A program made the position numbers and the translations under genes. Shown piece after piece: positions 57,760 to 64,000 of a stretch of 64,000 nt of DNA (position 1 is its first letter; every line of letters begins with the position of its first letter). Origin of the DNA: an uncultured Acidobacteriota bacterium (GTDB taxonomy: Bacteria > Acidobacteriota > UBA6911); the NCBI GenBank assembly GCA_963827655.1, contig CAWHCF010000006.1:192001-256000 (forward strand), read 5' to 3'. The notes beneath the pieces were generated by a model. That model saw only the letters and a list, made by a program, of their open reading frames with translations. It ran no database searches and had not been told where the DNA came from.

Positions 57760-59592
57760 TCAAGGCTTAATTTCGAGATTCAGGGTCTTCGCACCCGACA
57801 CGAGGTTATCGGAAGGAGGAAGCTCGTACTCCATGAATGTGGACGTTTGGATTGGATTCATTCCGCCGATATTGCGATCCGACCTCAGGATGGAAAGGAC
57901 GGAGGGAGGAAGGCCGGGCAGTCCCTCACCTCTTACCACCGCTCCGGCTTCCCGGCGATAGATTCGGACGTACAGGCGGTCATTTTTACGGATGTTATTA
58001 ATGAACTTGATCAGTTGACTCAGGTCACGAGGGATCAGGTCTTCCCCATGCTCGCGGGCATCCATCGACATGAGGTTTGTGCCATCGGCCACCAGCAGCG
58101 AGATAGGACCTGGAGTAACATCGGGCGGAATCTTAACCGGATACGACTCCTGGACAACGTCTCCGTTATTCTTCTTCGAAAAAATATCGAGATTCACCAC
58201 TTCGCCGGCCTTCAGCTCGGTGCGATCGTAACGTACCGAGTCAAGAAGAGCCCCGCGGTCGTCCTCGACGGCCGTTATTTCGAGGTTGATACTTTCGAAC
58301 TCCAGATTGTTGTAACCGGACGCAAGCAGGAAGTTCACCGGCAACGCAACTGAAAGGGATGCGAAAACGGGCGAGTTGCTATCGGAAGAAAAACGATTCT
58401 CGATTTCAACCGGCTGCTCCCCCTTGATGTTGATCTTGCCCTTTATTTCGAGCGTCGATACTCCCAGCGAGCGTTCAAAGGAAACGATATTGTTAAACAC
58501 CGTAAGGTTGATCAGAAAGGGCGTCAAGAATCTGTCGCTGGCCACCTCGTACTTAAGCAACTTCTTGGCGCCGCGGCTGGTGGTCATCTGCACCTGCATC
58601 GGAATCATCCTGGTTTTCTGTCCAAGAATTCCATAGATTCCGGATCCTCGATCTTGCCGGATCGTCCCCACCGGTTCACCGGTTTCCAGAATCTTGAAAG
58701 AGCTCTGCAAGCTGGGAAAGACGGAAATCGCCCTGCCCTTGTGCATCGGCAGTTCCGTTCGGCCCAGGTTGAAGAGCAGATGCCCGAATGCATAGACCTT
58801 GTCACCCTCGACGTGGGTCACCGTTCCGCCGGCCGATGCGTCGAGATCGCCGCGAATCAGCGGCACCACGATGTTAGATCCCCCTTCAATTGGGGTATTG
58901 TCGGAAGGGGCGGACGACCTGGCCGGAGTTGCAACACCTTGGAGCAACGTCAAGCCCAATGCCCTGAGCTGCGGAGCAAACGTCTGCGTCGCCTCCGGAC
59001 TGAAGCCTCCGATACTTACCGGGGTAGAAATCGGGACCAGCGCATGTCCGGCGAAAGGAGCCAGCGTAGGCTGAAAACGGGCTTCGAGAGGATTGACCAG
59101 GATGCTGCGATTCTTGATTCCGTTGTCGGGCAACTGCAACTGATAATCCCAGAGCATACTCTTTTTGAGAATGATCTTGCCGCCCAGAGTGCCGCCTTCC
59201 GACTGTTCCGCAAAGGCATCTACCATCTGTGTAATCGGAGTGATTCCGCACACCGCGTCTTTCGCAAAGGGGAAAGAGAAGGCAACCGCGCCGAGCAGTT
59301 TGCCGTCGATAAAAACAGGGCTTCCGCTCATCCCTTCGAAGACTCCTGTTCTTTCTAGCGGCCCGCCGCTGAGCCGCGCCAGCACAGCGTCGGCACCGGG
59401 ACTAATGCCGCGGAGAACTCCCAGGATCTCCACCGCAAACTCTTCCGGGCGGCTACCTTGATAGCAAGTCTTCCCGACTCCCTTCATGCCTGGACGCAAA
59501 TCTTGAACGTTGAAAAACTCAGTTCGCGCCAGCAGTGGCGAGAGCGACAGTAGCGCCGTTGCAGATGCTACCAGGAGCCTCTTTCGCATCAT
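57760..59592 (-). CDS. SpoIVB peptidase S55 domain protein
   Basis: LRPGMKGVGKT, EGMSGSPVFIDGKLLGAVA, GITPI..M, AFGH. Confidence 0.88.
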   Translation of the reverse strand: MMRKRLLVASATALLSLSPLLARTEFFNVQDLRPGMKGVGKTCYQGSRPEEFAVEILGVLRGISPGADAVLARLSGGPLERTGVFEGMSGSPVFIDGKLLGAVAFSFPFAKDAVCGITPITQMVDAFAEQSEGGTLGGKIILKKSMLWDYQLQLPDNGIKNRSILVNPLEARFQPTLAPFAGHALVPISTPVSIGGFSPEATQTFAPQLRALGLTLLQGVATPARSSAPSDNTPIEGGSNIVVPLIRGDLDASAGGTVTHVEGDKVYAFGHLLFNLGRTELPMHKGRAISVFPSLQSSFKILETGEPVGTIRQDRGSGIYGILGQKTRMIPMQVQMTTSRGAKKLLKYEVASDRFLTPFLINLTVFNNIVSFERSLGVSTLEIKGKINIKGEQPVEIENRFSSDSNSPVFASLSVALPVNFLLASGYNNLEFESINLEITAVEDDRGALLDSVRYDRTELKAGEVVNLDIFSKKNNGDVVQESYPVKIPPDVTPGPISLLVADGTNLMSMDAREHGEDLIPRDLSQLIKFINNIRKNDRLYVRIYRREAGAVVRGEGLPGLPPSVLSILRSDRNIGGMNPIQTSTFMEYELPPSDNLVSGAKTLNLEIKP

Positions 59593-59644
59593 TGTTTGAG
59601 AACCTTTCCGAGGAATGATCAGGACCCGCGAGTTGCAAAGCTTA

Positions 59645-59674
59645 AGTATAAGACCCTCGCTGCGATAGGGTCAA
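59645..59674 (-). promoter_or_regulatory. Candidate sigma70 promoter of the SpoIVB operon
   Basis: TTGACC-N18-TATACT, overlapped by a GACCCT...AGGGTC inverted repeat. Confidence 0.5.
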
Positions 59675-59740
59675 GCATGACCGCGTCTTCGCGTCTTTGC
59701 GACTTTGTGGTTTAATACTGCCGGGACCACCAAGAAAGCC

Positions 59741-60349
59741 ATGAATACAGGGGACGCCCGAAACGCGGACCTGTGCGCCGTAATTCTCGCCGGGGGGCAA
59801 AGCCGCCGAATGGGTCGAAACAAGGCTCTGATCCAGGTCGAGAGTAGTCCGCTGATAGTTCGACTCGCCGAGCAGGCTTTGCGCCTCACCAACCAGGTTT
59901 TCGTCTCCTCGAACGATGCCGATGTTTACGACTTCCTCGGATTGCCGGCGCTCCCCGATCTGTATCCGGGACAGGGACCCCTGGCCGGCCTGCACGCCGC
60001 CTTCAAGACCACCGATCGTCCTCTGGTGCTCCTGCTGGCCTGCGACCTTCCGGCGCTTCATGATGTCATGCTGAAGCGTCTCCTCGAATTCTCCGAAGGG
60101 CACGACGCCGTAATCCCTCGTACGACCGACGGACGCCTCCATCCGCTCTGCGGCATTTATCGTCGAACCTGCCTGAACACTCTCGAGCACAACCTCAGAA
60201 GGGGCATCAATAAGATGACGGACCTGTTTCGAGACGGATCGCTGCGGGTGAAGCTCGTCAACGGACCCGACGGCCGGTTCGAGGACTCCGACCTCCGTAA
60301 CCTGAACACTCCTGAAGATCTGGAGGCTTACACTCACCGGAATTCTTAA
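59741..60349 (+). CDS. mobA: Molybdenum cofactor guanylyltransferase
   Basis: ILAGGQSRRMGRNKA, GPLAGL, LACDLP, HPLCGIY, NLNTPEDL. Confidence 0.92.
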   Translation: MNTGDARNADLCAVILAGGQSRRMGRNKALIQVESSPLIVRLAEQALRLTNQVFVSSNDADVYDFLGLPALPDLYPGQGPLAGLHAAFKTTDRPLVLLLACDLPALHDVMLKRLLEFSEGHDAVIPRTTDGRLHPLCGIYRRTCLNTLEHNLRRGINKMTDLFRDGSLRVKLVNGPDGRFEDSDLRNLNTPEDLEAYTHRNS

Positions 60350-60434
60350 GAGGTTGGCAGGCAGTGCCGCCTTGACCCGCGACCTGGTCGTGTCCCCAAA
60401 CCGACTCGGTCTTCCCCAAGTTTTGCAGACGTAC

Positions 60435-60481
60435 TCGCTACATCTAGGGTTCTTAATGAACCTCACCACGATATCTTGGGG
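60435..60481. promoter_or_regulatory. Tandem NrdR-box-like motifs upstream of smc
   Basis: tcgCTACATCTAGggt (60435-60450) and ccaCGATATCTTGggg (60466-60481), 31 bp apart; extended -10 TGCTATAGT downstream. Confidence 0.55.
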
Positions 60482-60631
60482 CATTGCGACGATTTTTTGC
60501 ACTTGCCGTCCGCTTGCTGTGCTATAGTACGGACGAATTTCATTGGTCAGGGAATCGTGGACCTTCAAGCAAGCTCAATAGCTGCTGATTACCTCAAAAG
60601 CCGCCAAGCCACGATGAAGCACTAGGGTCGC

Positions 60632-63600
60632 ATGGCTCAAATAGAAAAACTTGAGATGATCGGTTTCAAGTCGTTCTGCGACCGGACCCAACTTTCATTC
60701 CACCAAGGGATAACCGCAGTCGTGGGCCCCAACGGCTGTGGAAAAAGCAACATTGCCGATGCGATCAGCTGGGTTGTTGGGGAACAGAGCGCCAAGAGCC
60801 TCCGAACTGACCGGATGGAAGGAATCATCTTTAACGGCACACAGGCCCGCAAAGCGACCAGCATGGCCGAAGTTATACTCTCACTGAAACTTCTGGACAA
60901 TCTCCGGGTCCCCGAAGGATTGGATTTGAATCCCGAGGGCTTCACAGTCGGACGGAGGCTCTATCGGTCCGGGGAAAGCGAGTACTACATCGACGGCCGC
61001 CGGTGCCGTTTGAAGGATATCCTGGCCCTCTTCGAGGGGACGGGGCTTGGTCCCAATTCTTACGCACTGATGGAGCAAGGGAGAATCGGCCAGATCCTGA
61101 GCTCGAAGCCGGCGGACCGCCGCAGCCTGATTGAAGAGGCGGCGCGCATTACGCTGTTCAAGAGCCGCCGCTACTCTGCCGAGACGAAGCTGGAGCTTGC
61201 TCAGCAGAATCTAGCGCGAGTCCATGACATCATCCGGGAAGTAGCCCGCCAGCTGAACTCGCTCAAGCGCCAGGCAGCCAAGGCCCGCCGCTACAACCGT
61301 CTGCGCGACGAGTTGCGTGGCGTGCATAAGCTCAAGCTGGGCCTCGAGCAGAGAGAGCTGGCCGGAAAACTGGAAGCTTGCACGCGTCGTTTTTCGGAAG
61401 CGGTCGAGTGGGAACAGAGCATCCTTCGAGATCTCGCCCGGGCCGAGAATGACCGGTCACAAAGCCAGGAAGCCTGCCGGCGTCAGGAAGAGCTTGCCAA
61501 TCGTTCCCGGGAAGATCTGGGCAACCTGAAGCTTGACGCGGAGCGCGCTCAAAGCGCGAAGCAGCAGCAGGAAGTCCAGAAGGACGACCTCGAAAAACGG
61601 CTGAAGGATCTCGAGCGCGAAACGATATCGATCGAGGAACGACGTGCATTGATCGAACGCGAGCAGGAGCGGTTGCAAGTCTACCGGCAACGGCTTCTCG
61701 AGGAGATATCGACTGAGCGCGAAGTGCTGGATCGAGAGCAGGCGCGCAACGAGGAACTGGTCCAGGCAATACGCGAGTCCGAAGGCAAAATCGAGGCGCT
61801 GCGTTCGATCCTCTTGAATGGTGCGGGGGAGCTCTCTGATTTAAGGAACCTGCAGGCTCGGTGCCAGGAGAATATCCAGCGCCTCCAGGCCGGAACCGCC
61901 CGCCTGGAATTCGAGCGCCATAACACGGCCCAGGAACGTGCGCGGTTCCTATCCCAACTGGAGGACTTTCGCCGGAAGTCGACCGGCAACCTTTCCGTCC
62001 GCGAAGAGCTTGCCGAGCGACGGCGGCGGAGCGAGACAGCTCTGGCAGAGTTGCAGGCCAAGCTCGAGCAGGTTTCGACCGAGGTTACCGCGAAGCAGGA
62101 GGAGTGGAGTCTCATGCAGCATCGCCACTCCTCGCTGGAGGAGGTCGAACGACGCCGGAGCAACTACTCCGAAGGCGTCCAGAAGTTTCTTTCAACCCGC
62201 CTGCAAGGAGAGAAGGCCCCTGCGCGCCAGACTCTTGCCGATCATGTGGAGACCGATCCCAGATACGAAGCCGCCGTCGAGGATTACTTGAACGGTCCGC
62301 TGCAATACATTCTGGTGGACGGTCTCGACGAGGCGGTCGAGAGCGTCGAACGGCTGAAACGAATCGGAGCAGGCAAATGCACATTCATGACGCTGCGCGG
62401 CGCGCAATCCAACGGAAACGGGCATGACGTGGGCTCCAGGGTCCGCCTGGAGGGCGAAGGAATCGTCGGATTCCTGGACGAGCTGCTGCGCATGCGTGAA
62501 GATGTAAAGCAAGCGTTTGAACGAACGCTTCCCGACTACGCCTCCACCGTAATGGTCTCGGACCTTGGAACCGCTTTCCGAGTCGCCGAGAGCAACCCGC
62601 ACACCAACTTTCTGACGCTCTCGGGAGAGGCCTACTCTCCGCGCGGGACTCTGTCGGCGGTCGGGGAACGAAAGTCGATGGCGGGATTTTTGGCCCTGAA
62701 GCGCGAGAAACGCGAGCTGGAAGGAAAACTGGAATCACTCCAGGCCAAGATACAAGTGGCGCGCGCGGAACTCGAGCGCCTCAAAGGCGAGCAAGCCGCC
62801 GCCCATGAGGTTCTCAAATCTCTGGATGGCGAAGCCCGCAAGCTCGAGTTAGAGGCAGTGATTGTCGATCATCAAATTGCGCGCGTGGAAGCCGAGGTCG
62901 CGAAAATTGATCAGACGGACGACGTCGCCGATGATGAGTTATCCCAGATGCTCGCCGAGAAGCAGGAATTCGAATCAAAGGGGAGCGAGGCGCAGCGCGG
63001 CATTCAGGAGATTGAAGAGCGGAGCCGCTCCGGGGAGCAACAGCTCCGGGACCTCGGTCAACGCCTCGAGTCGTCAAAGGCGGAGAGTTCCATCGTGGCC
63101 AGAAGCGTGGCCACCGTGATCTCGTCTCAGGCAGTGAAGCACGAACGACGAGACAGCACGGAAGCGGACTTGCGCCGCCTGTCGGGAGAGTCCCAGGAGG
63201 TCAGCAACCGGCTGGAGGTCAATCGCGCGGAGAAAGATGGAATTCAGGTTCGGATTGGCGAGCTCGAACGGGCGCAACTGGAAACGCAAACCAGAATCGA
63301 TCAGTTGTTGCGGCTGGTTCAGGAAGGGGAAGCGGAGCTAGCCGGCAACCAGACAGAACTCGCGAACCAACGAAAGTCTCTGGCGGAGCTGGAGGAACGT
63401 CTGCGCCGGCTGCACGGGGAGCGCGAGGAATCGATGGGAGAGCGGGGGCGGATCGAAATCGAGAAGACCCGTCTCGAGAGCGATCTCGAACACCTCGAAC
63501 GAAGTTGTCAGGACGAGTTCCATGCATCCCTGGCTGAGATCCTGGGGGGCATTCCTGCGGACGATTGGCAGCGCGACTACCTGGAAGTGTCTCAGTTTTA

Positions 63601-64000
63601 CGACCAGATCCGGCAACGGATCGAGACTTTTGGCGCCATCAACATGCGCGCGCTTGAAGAATACCAGGAACTCGATGAGCGTTTTCAGTTTCTGAACCGG
63701 CAGCGCGCCGACATCGAGCAATCGATCTCCGACACTCAAAGAGCCATCGCGGAAATCAACCGCCGTTCAATCGAGCAATTCCAGGATGCGTTCACCAGTA
63801 TACGGGAGAACTTTGTCGAGGTTTTTCAGGCGCTATTCAACGGCGGCCAGTGCGACCTCCGGCTTCTTGACGAGGAGGACACGCTGGAAAGCGGAATAGA
63901 CATTATCGCTCAGCCGCCCGGGAAGCGTTTGCAGAACGTGTTGCTGCTTTCGGGGGGAGAGAAAGCCCTGACTGCGCTCGCCCTGCTGATCGCAATCTTC
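60632..64000 (+). CDS. smc: Chromosome segregation protein SMC (3' end beyond the window)
   Basis: Not in the ORF track (no stop). GFKSF, Walker A GPNGCGKSN, coiled coils, hinge, and LLSGGEKALTALALLIAIF at the edge in the same frame. Confidence 0.96.
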   Translation, partial: MAQIEKLEMIGFKSFCDRTQLSFHQGITAVVGPNGCGKSNIADAISWVVGEQSAKSLRTDRMEGIIFNGTQARKATSMAEVILSLKLLDNLRVPEGLDLNPEGFTVGRRLYRSGESEYYIDGRRCRLKDILALFEGTGLGPNSYALMEQGRIGQILSSKPADRRSLIEEAARITLFKSRRYSAETKLELAQQNLARVHDIIREVARQLNSLKRQAAKARRYNRLRDELRGVHKLKLGLEQRELAGKLEACTRRFSEAVEWEQSILRDLARAENDRSQSQEACRRQEELANRSREDLGNLKLDAERAQSAKQQQEVQKDDLEKRLKDLERETISIEERRALIEREQERLQVYRQRLLEEISTEREVLDREQARNEELVQAIRESEGKIEALRSILLNGAGELSDLRNLQARCQENIQRLQAGTARLEFERHNTAQERARFLSQLEDFRRKSTGNLSVREELAERRRRSETALAELQAKLEQVSTEVTAKQEEWSLMQHRHSSLEEVERRRSNYSEGVQKFLSTRLQGEKAPARQTLADHVETDPRYEAAVEDYLNGPLQYILVDGLDEAVESVERLKRIGAGKCTFMTLRGAQSNGNGHDVGSRVRLEGEGIVGFLDELLRMREDVKQAFERTLPDYASTVMVSDLGTAFRVAESNPHTNFLTLSGEAYSPRGTLSAVGERKSMAGFLALKREKRELEGKLESLQAKIQVARAELERLKGEQAAAHEVLKSLDGEARKLELEAVIVDHQIARVEAEVAKIDQTDDVADDELSQMLAEKQEFESKGSEAQRGIQEIEERSRSGEQQLRDLGQRLESSKAESSIVARSVATVISSQAVKHERRDSTEADLRRLSGESQEVSNRLEVNRAEKDGIQVRIGELERAQLETQTRIDQLLRLVQEGEAELAGNQTELANQRKSLAELEERLRRLHGEREESMGERGRIEIEKTRLESDLEHLERSCQDEFHASLAEILGGIPADDWQRDYLEVSQFYDQIRQRIETFGAINMRALEEYQELDERFQFLNRQRADIEQSISDTQRAIAEINRRSIEQFQDAFTSIRENFVEVFQALFNGGQCDLRLLDEEDTLESGIDIIAQPPGKRLQNVLLLSGGEKALTALALLIAIF

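Overview
About 64 kb of GC-rich bacterial chromosome, most likely an Acidobacteriota member. This is inferred from the Oar-like TonB-dependent receptors with carboxypeptidase-regulatory N-domains, the SpoIVB-S55/beta-propeller pair, the PQQ/FG-GAP propellers and the Tat-tagged sugar enzymes. In order, the window holds: an AT-richer glycan-modification cluster (asnB-like end, GNAT, GT8, GT11, epimerase, DegT) with a Phd-VapC TA pair; carbohydrate and hydrolase genes; a TonB receptor; orphan ABC permeases; an Aas-like acyl-ligase; a second VapBC pair; an incomplete complex I cluster (nuoA-C-G-H); a repeat-rich RDD protein; an ECF sigma/anti-sigma pair with its own promoter; a frameshifted TonB receptor; housekeeping genes; and smc running off the right edge. 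I found no rRNA, tRNA, CRISPR, transposase or integrase. The most striking unannotated structure is non-coding. Two families of short tandem arrays (7-mer and 8-mer) sit at many gene junctions, often as inverted pairs, and one 7-mer pair encloses a four-helix-bundle (Avd/IVS-like) gene. There is also a MITE inserted with a 4-bp duplication into the loop of a REP-like hairpin, a second MITE family, and tandem NrdR-box-like motifs upstream of smc. All calls come from reading motifs by eye; no searches were run.
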